Positions 47,872 through 57,185 of a stretch of DNA of 64,000 nucleotides are shown piece by piece (the stretch's first letter is position 1; the number at the start of each line of letters is the position of its first letter). The position numbers and the translations under genes are program-made. Source of the DNA: Minisyncoccota bacterium (GTDB taxonomy: Bacteria > Patescibacteriota > Minisyncoccia > Phycocordibacterales > UBA9973); NCBI GenBank assembly GCA_041663005.1, contig JBAZRK010000002.1, positions 64,740 to 128,739 on the forward strand. Reading direction: 5' to 3'. The notes beneath the pieces were generated by a model. That model worked only from the letters and a program-made list of their open reading frames with translations, did not search any database and was not told the DNA's origin.

Positions 47872-48289
47872 AATCAGTCTGAATATTTTAAAGCTAGTTT
47901 TTATAAAACAAACTTATTGCCGCGAGAGTGCCTTTTCCAGCCCAAATTATATAAAGAAAACAGGGTTGGAATATACAGGACGACCCAAATAGTACTGTAA
48001 AACAAAGGTTCTCACGATGGTTACCCACATTTCTGTCATTCGGCCGTCGACGTCGTACTTCTAGTTCCGGGGACCCCTTAATATAGAGGTATGTATTTAG
48101 GGTAACTTAAAAGGACACCCCCGTCAATCAATCTGTGGAAAGCAAATTTAATGTCCTTTTAATATTGGGATATCGGACGCTGAGAACTATAACTTGACTA
48201 TACTTATATTTTTGTGGTATAATAATAATTACTATAGGGAGATTTAATTTCTTTAGCTCGGGGTTAGTGTTAAAATACAAACTAAGAAA

Positions 48290-50704
48290 ATGGACAACAG
48301 AGTTCCCAGAAATGTTGTGGATATGGTAGAAATCAACTGCAAAAACTGTGGTTATTCGGCCCATATCGTTGCAGCCCCTAAATGTCCGAATTGCGGCTGG
48401 CCGTTTAGTAAGCCTATCCCCAAAAAAACTCCGCCCGCAGAGAAAAAACCTAAGCCTCAAAAGCTGTTGGGTACTTCCTTGAAGGAAAAGCCTCAGGAAT
48501 CTCGCGCTTCCTTGGAAGAGCGATTAACATACCTAAAAAGACTGGGAAGAAAAAATAAAAGAAATAAGAAAAAAGAGGAAGACCCGAAGAAACAAGAGGA
48601 GATAAAAAGAATCGAAGCAGCCATTGCAAAACTGGATGTGGAAACAGGAGCAGGCGCTCGTGCTGAGGCTGTTGCTCCAACACAAGAAACACAAACCGAA
48701 AACCCGGAACTACCTTCGACACCTGCTCCCGAAACCGCCACGCAAATAGATGAAGCTAGAAAAGAAAGAGAAGAAGCTTTGGCACAACTTAGAAAAACTA
48801 TTGACGATGCGAATCAGATAATTATAGGAAATAAGAATAGGGAACAAGAAATATTGGCGCGCCTTAGAGAAATAGAAACGGGAAGGGCGAGAGCTCCATT
48901 AGTTACAGCAGAAACAGAAAATTTTTCCACTGATTTTATTCAAGATAGAATTCTAAAGTTATTCGCGTCTTTTGAGAAAGTTGAGAAAGTTAAAAAAGTT
49001 GAAGTGAGAGGTGAAGGGAATAGGGTCTCTTTGGATATAATTGTTACTGCGAAAGGAGAAGATATTGGAATAAAGGCAGATGTTGAAAATGCTCGTGGCA
49101 CACTCATAGCTGAAAATTTAAAAATTGAAGCAGGGATACTCACGAGAAATTATTTAAAACTAAAGATTAAACCGAAGCTTGAAAAAATAGAAAGTTTGCT
49201 TAGGGAAGAGGTAGAAAAGCAGACGGGTAAAAAGGTTGCGGGGATAAAGATAGAAAACGGTCAGCTCAACGTAAATTTTGAGGCGCAACCCTTGACGGTG
49301 GAAGGATTGGAAACAAAAGGTGAAAGTGGTGAAGAAAAACAATTGCGGGAAGAGTTAGCGGTAATCGAAAAAGATACGGCTCAGGCAAAAAAGGACTATC
49401 AACGAGCACTTGATGCCCTTGCTGCGACCACCGAGGCTGCGACCCCAGAGACACAACAAGATACAGAAAAGGAAGAAATCGAAAAACAAGAAGAGATTTT
49501 AGAAAAAGCTGTGGAGGAAGTGAAGGATTTGCAAGAACTTTTAAGTGCGCTAAGGTCTGTGGATTTTGTATACAACCGATCAGGCGAAAAATCCAGCACC
49601 GAAGATATGGCTCGCGGAATAGAAAAATGCTTGGAGGTTATAACTGACCCCTCTGCAAAATCCCCGCTTCCGGCAGAAGGAATAGATTATTATCTCTCTC
49701 ATTCAAATGTGACCCGAAGATTTGAGATACGCGATAAAGCAAAAACGTTTCTGCTAGAAATACAGGAGTCCGTATTCGCAGAAAAAGAGAATAAGGCAAA
49801 AGCTGAAGAGCGGGAAAAATCTCTGGCGCAACTCAATGAAACTATCGCTACAATAAATGAAAGGGTAATGCGGAGAAATGAAGACCGGCAGGCAGACGAT
49901 GAGCTGATTGTGCGACTAGAAAAAGAACTCGCAGAGCTCGAGGGTGGAAGTACGGGGCTCCTGCCTTCGGCGGAAGTTGAAAAAAGGGCAAATGAAATTG
50001 ATGGTGAAGTAGAAACCTTGTGGGAGACATTGAACAAAAAAATTGCAGAGTATAACGCTCTGGGAGCTTTTCAGATTTTTGCAAAATTAAGACTGCGTGA
50101 CGAAATAGATAGAATTCGGGAGCAGCAAAGAGAAAAAAGGTGGGCACAGCATCAAGCGTGGAATGAATTTCATGAACGGAGAGGGGTAGAACAAATGGAA
50201 CAGGAAGAAGCCGAAAAAGAAAGGCAAAAAAAAGAAGAGGAAAATGGGCAAGAACGTATACAGAAAATTGAGGAGGATAAAGAAATAAATCCGTTTAAAT
50301 ATTTCGCGCTAGACAAAATGTCCCCTGAGGTGTTCGATATAATTTTTGGAGAGCAAAAAGAAGCCGCAAGCCTAGAAATTTTGAATAAATTTGGTGAGAC
50401 GGGAAAAGAATTACAGTTTTGGCAGTTTAATTCTTTCTCTCCTATGCAGGGATATTTTGTAAAATTCAGCTCAAATGGTTTCTTGACCCAGTTGCAAAAC
50501 CCAAACGAAGTCACGGGAGAAGAAGAAGGAAAAAGTGTTTTATACACAGAAAGTCCAAAGGCAAAATATAAAGTCATCACCCCGGGGTGGAAATTTATAA
50601 AAGATAATCTTAGTTATAAAGAGGCACAAGAATTAATGATGCGATCTGCTCAAGAATACCAAGAAAAACTGCTCGCCGAATTTGAGGCTGAAAACAAACA
50701 ATAA
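48290..50704 (+). CDS. Hypothetical large coiled-coil protein with an N-terminal zinc ribbon
   Basis: CKNCGYS...CPNCGW ribbon followed by a K-rich basic segment and a long E/K-rich coiled-coil. 804 aa. A TGgTATAAT promoter lies upstream. Confidence 0.6.
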   Translation: MDNRVPRNVVDMVEINCKNCGYSAHIVAAPKCPNCGWPFSKPIPKKTPPAEKKPKPQKLLGTSLKEKPQESRASLEERLTYLKRLGRKNKRNKKKEEDPKKQEEIKRIEAAIAKLDVETGAGARAEAVAPTQETQTENPELPSTPAPETATQIDEARKEREEALAQLRKTIDDANQIIIGNKNREQEILARLREIETGRARAPLVTAETENFSTDFIQDRILKLFASFEKVEKVKKVEVRGEGNRVSLDIIVTAKGEDIGIKADVENARGTLIAENLKIEAGILTRNYLKLKIKPKLEKIESLLREEVEKQTGKKVAGIKIENGQLNVNFEAQPLTVEGLETKGESGEEKQLREELAVIEKDTAQAKKDYQRALDALAATTEAATPETQQDTEKEEIEKQEEILEKAVEEVKDLQELLSALRSVDFVYNRSGEKSSTEDMARGIEKCLEVITDPSAKSPLPAEGIDYYLSHSNVTRRFEIRDKAKTFLLEIQESVFAEKENKAKAEEREKSLAQLNETIATINERVMRRNEDRQADDELIVRLEKELAELEGGSTGLLPSAEVEKRANEIDGEVETLWETLNKKIAEYNALGAFQIFAKLRLRDEIDRIREQQREKRWAQHQAWNEFHERRGVEQMEQEEAEKERQKKEEENGQERIQKIEEDKEINPFKYFALDKMSPEVFDIIFGEQKEAASLEILNKFGETGKELQFWQFNSFSPMQGYFVKFSSNGFLTQLQNPNEVTGEEEGKSVLYTESPKAKYKVITPGWKFIKDNLSYKEAQELMMRSAQEYQEKLLAEFEAENKQ

Positions 50705-50708
50705 ATTT

Positions 50709-53030
50709 ATGGATCAAGAACCACCTAAAGATATAAACAAGGAGGAGCGAAAAAGAGAGCTGCAAAAACAACTTGCGGAAGCCAGAGACCGGCAGAGACA
50801 ACGCGATGACGCAGATCGAGATGACAGCAGAGAGCTTCATAAAGCTGAGCAAGAGCGAGCTGCGTTAATGGGTACCGGGAACCCTTCAGGATATCCTGTG
50901 GATAATAATTTTAGCCCCCGAGAAGAAAATGAGTGGTACAAAGATACGCCTACGCGTCAGGGTATGGACTTAGAGGCCCTAGCCCAGAGAATACAAAGTG
51001 AAATCACTGGCCTGCCAGAAGAAGAAAGGCAGCAACGCGCTATTGAGTTGTTGCTGGCTGAAAAGGAAGCCTGGAACGAGGAACAGGGAGGCGCAAAAGA
51101 AGGTCTGCGCAAATTTGATAAATGGTGGGATGGATTAGAAAAAACAAAAGGCGGCGTGGCTCTAAAAGCGCTAATAGGCGGAGCGCTAATAACCGCAACG
51201 ACCGTGGGGCTCGGCGTAGCGCCTGTATCCCTTTTGGGTGTGGGTTTTAGGCTCACGAGTCGTGTAGCTGCTGCAACGGGGTTAAACATGGCCCTCACTT
51301 CCGAGCGTGTGCGCAAATGGCTCACTCCCAAAGAGGACACTGGCAGTCCCAAAACTCTTAAGGAAAAAGTGTTGACTGTGCAAAATTTAAAATACGCGGC
51401 AATGATCGGCGGTGCTGGTCTTATATTTATGATGGGCGGTGCCCAAGTAGCTGTAGTAGGTGCAACCGGTATGGCCCTTCGATTCGGAGTCAACCAGATA
51501 ATCGAAAAGCGAACTAAAGCACTGGAAGAAAAGAGGAAAAATCTTTCTATTCGTGCGGAAAGTTTGCAAGACAATTTCGACATCAATGCTCTAGCAGCAC
51601 ACCTAGAAGTTTTTGAGGAAGAATATGGAAAATTATCGGCCTCTCTCACTCGCAATAAGTGGGCTAAAAATTTAGTAAATGGAGCAATAACCGTCGGGGT
51701 CGGCCTGGGCACTATGGCCGTAGCACATCATGGCGCAGATACTACACATGCACCTAAAGAGGTTCCGGATAAGCCGGCGGCAACTGTCACGCACCCACAC
51801 CAGCCGGAAGTCACCACCAGGCCTACGGCCGAACCCGTAGTGCAACCAAAGGAAGAGGTAGATACGTCCAAAGTCACGGATTGGAAAAAAGTTTATCCTC
51901 CAGGGCAACCAACCCATCCGATTACACCAGAAGTTACATTAAACCCGGATGCGATTATCAAGCCAGGTGATGGCATAGAAAGCGCATTTATAAGACAAAT
52001 TGAACACAATGACGCTCTGGCCACGAAACTCGGCTGGGACGGTGAAAGTGATTTGCATAAATTCGCGCAAGGCGAGGCACATCGCATGGCACGCGACTAC
52101 GGATACATAGACAAAACTACGGGAGAAGAAGTCCGGGTTGAGTCTGCGGGAAAGATAGCATATGAAATAAGAACGGAGGGGGATAAAATTGAAGTGATAG
52201 AGAAAAGTATCAAAGGAGATATTCTAGATACCCACGAGAAAGGCAACGCGTTTGAAAAAGAAACTGATAAATATGAAAAGTTGTGGACTAAACCAGAAGA
52301 AACCGCTAATAACATCCTCAAACCTACAAACACCTACGGAGACATGGCGAAGGATGCTCCTGGAGCCTTGCCAGAATCCGCTGACACCACCCCAGCAGAA
52401 GAAGTAACGTATCAAAAGAGCGAAATTTATAAGGATGACGCGTGGCGAAATAGACAAGCAAGCGAAGAAGAGCTTGAACGCACGCGAAGAGAACTCCTTG
52501 AAAAAATGGGAACGAAAACAGAACAGCCGCACACAGAAACATCTATGAATGGACACACGGAACCATCCCCTGGACCTGAAGCACAAGTGGGCGGGCATCT
52601 ACAACCTAAGGGAGATTATTCTGGAGACCTTGCTCCACGCCAGGTGGAAGCGTTACGTCTTCATTCCGAATTCATACAGAACAATAACACTTATCTTTTA
52701 TCTGATTCCGAATTGTGGGAAACCTATGAAGCTAGTAGGTCAGATTTACGTTTTCTGTTCAGTAGTGAAAATTCCATTGCTTGGCACGAACTCGATGACA
52801 TGAATGCAAGTGCATTATTAACCCAGGTAGACTCTGGCACGGATTCAGCGCAGGATCACTTAGTGAGATATTTACATGTACTCCAGAATTTCACTGAGCC
52901 TAAGCTTGAACCAAGGCGCGGAATCTTAGGCATCGGGGCTGAACACGTTAAAGATTTCATGGCCCGGGCAATGATCCAACTAAAACATAATGGAAACCTG
53001 GAAGTTTTCCAAGAATCCATTAGGAAATAA
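50709..53030 (+). CDS. Hypothetical large charged protein with two central TM segments
   Basis: Charged coiled-coil N-terminus and hydrophobic stretches (ALIGGALITATTVGLGVAPVSLLGVGF, AAMIGGAGLIFMMGGAQVAVVGATGMAL). The ATG at 50709 is preferred. Confidence 0.55.
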   Translation: MDQEPPKDINKEERKRELQKQLAEARDRQRQRDDADRDDSRELHKAEQERAALMGTGNPSGYPVDNNFSPREENEWYKDTPTRQGMDLEALAQRIQSEITGLPEEERQQRAIELLLAEKEAWNEEQGGAKEGLRKFDKWWDGLEKTKGGVALKALIGGALITATTVGLGVAPVSLLGVGFRLTSRVAAATGLNMALTSERVRKWLTPKEDTGSPKTLKEKVLTVQNLKYAAMIGGAGLIFMMGGAQVAVVGATGMALRFGVNQIIEKRTKALEEKRKNLSIRAESLQDNFDINALAAHLEVFEEEYGKLSASLTRNKWAKNLVNGAITVGVGLGTMAVAHHGADTTHAPKEVPDKPAATVTHPHQPEVTTRPTAEPVVQPKEEVDTSKVTDWKKVYPPGQPTHPITPEVTLNPDAIIKPGDGIESAFIRQIEHNDALATKLGWDGESDLHKFAQGEAHRMARDYGYIDKTTGEEVRVESAGKIAYEIRTEGDKIEVIEKSIKGDILDTHEKGNAFEKETDKYEKLWTKPEETANNILKPTNTYGDMAKDAPGALPESADTTPAEEVTYQKSEIYKDDAWRNRQASEEELERTRRELLEKMGTKTEQPHTETSMNGHTEPSPGPEAQVGGHLQPKGDYSGDLAPRQVEALRLHSEFIQNNNTYLLSDSELWETYEASRSDLRFLFSSENSIAWHELDDMNASALLTQVDSGTDSAQDHLVRYLHVLQNFTEPKLEPRRGILGIGAEHVKDFMARAMIQLKHNGNLEVFQESIRK

Positions 53031-53054
53031 CTTTATCATTAATAATCAGCAAAA

Positions 53055-53381
53055 ATGAGTACAAATAAACAAAAAGCGCAGGAGGAGGTTCGCAAGAATA
53101 TAATAAACCTTTTCGAAATAGACAAGCTCCCAGAAGAAAAACGGGAAGAAACGATAGCGAGAATAGGGAAAATAATTTTCCAGACAGTGCTCGTGAGGGT
53201 TCTGCCCTTGCTTGAAGAAAAGGACTTGGCTGAATACAACAAACTTATGACTGATGGTGCCGCCCCTGATGCTGTGCTGGATTTCTTTTTTGAAAAGGTT
53301 CCACTTTTCTTGGAAATCGTGGCAGAAGAAACCGAAAATTTCCGTCGAGAATCCGCAGAAATTTTACGCCGCATAAATTAA
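53055..53381 (+). CDS. Small hypothetical protein
   Basis: 108-aa ORF with coding-like composition. Confidence 0.45.
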   Translation: MSTNKQKAQEEVRKNIINLFEIDKLPEEKREETIARIGKIIFQTVLVRVLPLLEEKDLAEYNKLMTDGAAPDAVLDFFFEKVPLFLEIVAEETENFRRESAEILRRIN

Positions 53382-53406
53382 TATCAGTTTGTGTTATATT
53401 GAGTTA

Positions 53407-55341
53407 GTGAACACAGACGACCACTTGAAGGGACTAAATTCTCCACAGAGAGAAGCGGCGCTACACATTAAAGGGCCGCTTTTAATCGTGGCGGGTGCGG
53501 GCGCGGGGAAGACGAAAACTATAACGCACAGAATACTAAATTTGGTGAAAGAAGGAATTGCGCCGGAGAAAATCTTGGCAGTGACCTTCACCAACAAGGC
53601 GGCGAAAGAAATGCGCGAACGAGTACAGAAACTCCTGCCACAAGGCACACCCTTTATTTCCACGTTTCACTCTCTTGGAGTACACATCATTAAAGAAAAC
53701 GCCCGGCTTCTCGGCCACACGAAGTACTTCACCATTCTCGATGAAGGCGACGCCACAAGCATCATCAAAGATGCGATGAAGGAGCTCGGCCTTGATCCGA
53801 AACAGTACGACCCGAAGAAGATAAAAGGGGTTATCTCGCGCGAAAAGGGAAAATTCGTCCACCCAGAAGAATTCGTCGTTGAAGGCTCGTTCGGACAAAT
53901 TGTCGCTCACGTCTGGCGCTTGTATGAACAGCGAAAAATGAAAGAAAATTCTCTCGACTTTGATGACTTGCTACTGAAGGCGGTGAAACTCCTCAAGGAA
54001 AACGAGCAAGTTAGGAAAAGTTACCAAGAGCGATGGGAATACATACATATCGACGAATACCAAGACACTAACGAAGTGCAATACTTGATGTCGAAGCTTC
54101 TGTGTGGAGATAAGAAAAATATTTGCGCTGTGGGGGATGCCGACCAGAACATCTATTCTTGGCGTGGAGCAAATTTGAAGAACATCTTGAGCTTTGAGAA
54201 GGACTATCCGGATGCGACCATCATTATGCTAGAAGAAAATTATCGCTCGACCCAGAACATCCTCGAGGCCGCCAATGAGATAATAAAGAAAAATAAAATG
54301 CGTCCGGATAGAAATCTCTTTACGAAGAACGAAGCAGGAGGGAAAATAGGCCTCTATGAAGCAATCGACGAAATGGATGAGGCTGATTTCGTGTCCACAA
54401 AAATCCTAGAGATAATGGATAGTTCGGCAGCTGGAGAAATCGCTGTTCTGTACAGAGCCAACTTTCAATCACGAGCCCTTGAAGAAGCGATGCTCCGCTA
54501 CAACATTCCTTATCAGGTCCTCGGGGTGAAATTTTTCGAGAGAAAAGAAATTAAAGACACGCTGGCGTATCTCCGCGCAGCCTTAAACCCTGACAGCTTG
54601 TCAGATATCAAAAGAATAATAAACTTCCCCGCTCGAGGAATAGGGAAGGCGACGCTGGCAAAAATTTTTGCGGGGCAAAAAGATACTTTGCCAATCAAAA
54701 CCTTAATAAAAGTTAATAATTTCTATGAACTCTTGGAGGAAATAAGTGAGAAAATAAAATCAGCAAAGGCAAGCGAAATAATAAAGTATGTGGTGAAAAA
54801 GTCTGGCATCGAGAACGAACTCTTATCAGGCGGAGACGAAGACATTGAGCGCTTAGAGAACATAAAAGAGCTTGCAACCCTTGCGCTAAAGTACGACCCT
54901 CCTTCGCACGAGGCTACGGAAGGGCAAGCAGGACGAGGCATAGAAAAGCTTCTTGAAGATGCTTCACTCGCGAGCGACCAAGACAGTTTGATGATAACTT
55001 CCGAGAAGAAGGTTGAAACAAATGCTGTGAAACTTATGACTGTGCACGCTTCAAAGGGCTTGGAATTCAAATATGTTTTCATCACTGGGCTTGAAGACGG
55101 ACTTTTCCCGCACGAGAGGCGCGACGCAAGGCAGGGAAGCGAAGACTCCGAGGAAGAGAGGAGGCTCTTCTACGTGGCGCTTACTCGCGCGAAAGAAAAA
55201 CTGTTTCTCTCTTTTGCTAATTTCCGAACAATTTTCGGTTCGCGCTCCATAAATACACCGTCAGAATTCCTCGCTGACATCCCTGTCGACCTATTAGAGA
55301 GAGAGGGCGAAAATGGTAAGATAAAAACAATTTATATATGA
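53407..55341 (+). CDS. pcrA: ATP-dependent DNA helicase PcrA/UvrD family
   Basis: LNSPQREAA, a Walker A motif (GAGAGKTKTITHR) and UvrD motifs through motif VI. The start is uncertain (track TTG at 53389, GTG at 53407). Confidence 0.9.
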   Translation: MNTDDHLKGLNSPQREAALHIKGPLLIVAGAGAGKTKTITHRILNLVKEGIAPEKILAVTFTNKAAKEMRERVQKLLPQGTPFISTFHSLGVHIIKENARLLGHTKYFTILDEGDATSIIKDAMKELGLDPKQYDPKKIKGVISREKGKFVHPEEFVVEGSFGQIVAHVWRLYEQRKMKENSLDFDDLLLKAVKLLKENEQVRKSYQERWEYIHIDEYQDTNEVQYLMSKLLCGDKKNICAVGDADQNIYSWRGANLKNILSFEKDYPDATIIMLEENYRSTQNILEAANEIIKKNKMRPDRNLFTKNEAGGKIGLYEAIDEMDEADFVSTKILEIMDSSAAGEIAVLYRANFQSRALEEAMLRYNIPYQVLGVKFFERKEIKDTLAYLRAALNPDSLSDIKRIINFPARGIGKATLAKIFAGQKDTLPIKTLIKVNNFYELLEEISEKIKSAKASEIIKYVVKKSGIENELLSGGDEDIERLENIKELATLALKYDPPSHEATEGQAGRGIEKLLEDASLASDQDSLMITSEKKVETNAVKLMTVHASKGLEFKYVFITGLEDGLFPHERRDARQGSEDSEEERRLFYVALTRAKEKLFLSFANFRTIFGSRSINTPSEFLADIPVDLLEREGENGKIKTIYI

Positions 55342-56165
55342 CCCATTCAAAAAAACATCTGGGGCAAAATTTTCTAAAGTCGGAAGCGGCGCTACGAAAA
55401 ATAGTCGAAGTTGGGGAAGTAGGTAGTAGCGACGTGGTTTTAGAAATAGGCCCGGGCAGGGGAGCGCTGACTGCGAGACTACTTGAGAAAGCGGGTGTGG
55501 TTGTTGCGGTTGAAAAAGATGACGAGCTTATAGAATTTTTGAATGAGAAATTTGAGACAGAAATAAAAAATAAAAAATTAATTTTAATTAATGCAGATGT
55601 TTTAGAATTTAATATAAATGGAGCAATTTTAACTTTTGGGGATGGTCTGGGGATTGTTTCCGAGGACCTGAGCAAAAGTTTAAAATTGCGAAGTTACAAA
55701 ATTATCGCCAATATCCCTTACAACATTACCGGGGCTATTTTGAAAAAATTTTTAACCGAAGAAAAGCAACCTGAGCGGATGATATTGATGCTTCAGCAGG
55801 AAGTGGCGCAGAGAATAGTCGCTCGCGATAACAAAGAAAGCATTTTGTCTATCTCAGTGAAGGCTTATGGTACACCGAAAATGGAAATGAAGGTGCCAGC
55901 ACGATACTTTTCCCCAGCCCCGAAGGTGGATTCGGCGGTTATTTCTATAAAAAACATTTCTCGTGGCGTATTTAGGAAAAGCGGTATACAAGAAGAACTT
56001 TTTTGGCAAATTGTTAAAAAAGGCTTCGCTCATAAGCGTAAAAAGCTATCTTCCAACATAAAAAGCATGTTAAAAAATGCAGATAATTCTGTTCTGGCAA
56101 ATTTAGGCAACAAGAGGGCAGAAGATTTAACCCTCGCCGAGTGGATTCTACTCGCAAAAGCTTGA
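55338..56165 (+). CDS. rsmA: 16S rRNA (adenine1518/1519-N6)-dimethyltransferase
   Basis: HLGQNFL, a SAM motif (VLEIGPGRGALT), NIPYNIT. Confidence 0.9.
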   Translation: MTHSKKHLGQNFLKSEAALRKIVEVGEVGSSDVVLEIGPGRGALTARLLEKAGVVVAVEKDDELIEFLNEKFETEIKNKKLILINADVLEFNINGAILTFGDGLGIVSEDLSKSLKLRSYKIIANIPYNITGAILKKFLTEEKQPERMILMLQQEVAQRIVARDNKESILSISVKAYGTPKMEMKVPARYFSPAPKVDSAVISIKNISRGVFRKSGIQEELFWQIVKKGFAHKRKKLSSNIKSMLKNADNSVLANLGNKRAEDLTLAEWILLAKA

Positions 56166-56242
56166 AAACTCCTCCAGGGGGACGGACAAGTAGTGCCTAG
56201 TTTTCAAATTAGTGATACAATTAAAACATAACTAAATTATTT

Positions 56243-57154
56243 TTGGCAAAATACAAAAGAGTGCTTCTGATTCTAGTCGCAGTAATTTTTCTGATGGCGC
56301 TTTTCTGGATGAAAACCGGAATGCCGTGGAACAATAAAGCAATCTACCAGGGCTCAGATGGCCTTTCGTACGAGAACGCACTTGTGGAAGATTTAATCAA
56401 GCGAGATGGAGATGGAGACGGAGTCTTGGATTGGGAAGAAAGTCTGCTCGGGCTTGATCCGACAAAAAGTGAAACGACTCCCGGCACCCCTGACTTGACC
56501 ACTGCCAACAAACTGCGCGCCGAAAGTTATGCTGGTGCGTCCACGGAAGGGGGTGAACTCGGCGCAGAAGAGAATTTAACCGAAACTGACAAGTTCGCTC
56601 GAGAACTTTTCGCCACAGCCACTGCCCTCGAACAGAGCGGCTCCCTCGACCAGGCCACAGCAGATAAAATGGCAGCCTCCTTGGCAGAACATATCACAAA
56701 TTCTCCACAAGGGAAAGTTTACACACTCACAGATTTAAGGATAACGAATGACAACAGTCTGGTCGCGATAAAAAAATACAATGATTCGCTTAACCTAGCT
56801 TTCAAAGATTACACTGTGGGGTATTCCGCCGCTGAAGTTTTCGAAAAATTTCTAGGAGACGGCACTGATATGGATGTAAGTGTGCTAAACGAACTTGATC
56901 CCATCATAAAGGAATTTAACAGTAAAATAAGTAGTATGGTAAAAATGGAAGTACCTAAATTCATTTCTGTGTATCACCTTAATATGATAAATGAACTCTC
57001 TGGGGTGGCTGGAAACTTGGAAAACATAAAGATGTATGAGAAGGATAGTATCGTGGCGCTAAGCGGTATCACTCAGTATGCCGAGAACACGACGAAACTT
57101 GAAACAGCAGTCACAGAGTTAATGACGGTTTTGCTACAGAAATTGAACAATTAA
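56243..57154 (+). CDS. Hypothetical bitopic membrane protein (N-terminal TM, DGDGDG motif), possibly the first gene of the T4SS-like cluster
   Basis: TM RVLLILVAVIFLMALFWM followed by about 280 aa extracytoplasmic. VirB8-like topology but no sequence evidence. Confidence 0.45.
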   Translation: MAKYKRVLLILVAVIFLMALFWMKTGMPWNNKAIYQGSDGLSYENALVEDLIKRDGDGDGVLDWEESLLGLDPTKSETTPGTPDLTTANKLRAESYAGASTEGGELGAEENLTETDKFARELFATATALEQSGSLDQATADKMAASLAEHITNSPQGKVYTLTDLRITNDNSLVAIKKYNDSLNLAFKDYTVGYSAAEVFEKFLGDGTDMDVSVLNELDPIIKEFNSKISSMVKMEVPKFISVYHLNMINELSGVAGNLENIKMYEKDSIVALSGITQYAENTTKLETAVTELMTVLLQKLNN

Positions 57155-57185
57155 AGCGCGAGAGGTATAATATAAAGAAATTACA

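Noticed and set aside
47990-48130. Possible SRP (4.5S) or tmRNA gene in the long intergenic region
   Set aside because: The only resemblance is a CCGGAAC…GAAG stretch. The conserved domain IV AGCAG/GGAA symmetric-loop context is absent, as is the tmRNA tRNA-like 3' end. This is not supportable from sequence.
48128-48460. Minus-strand 110-aa ORF in the long intergenic region
   Set aside because: It overlaps the start and promoter of the 48290 gene on the opposite strand. It has no RBS or motif support.
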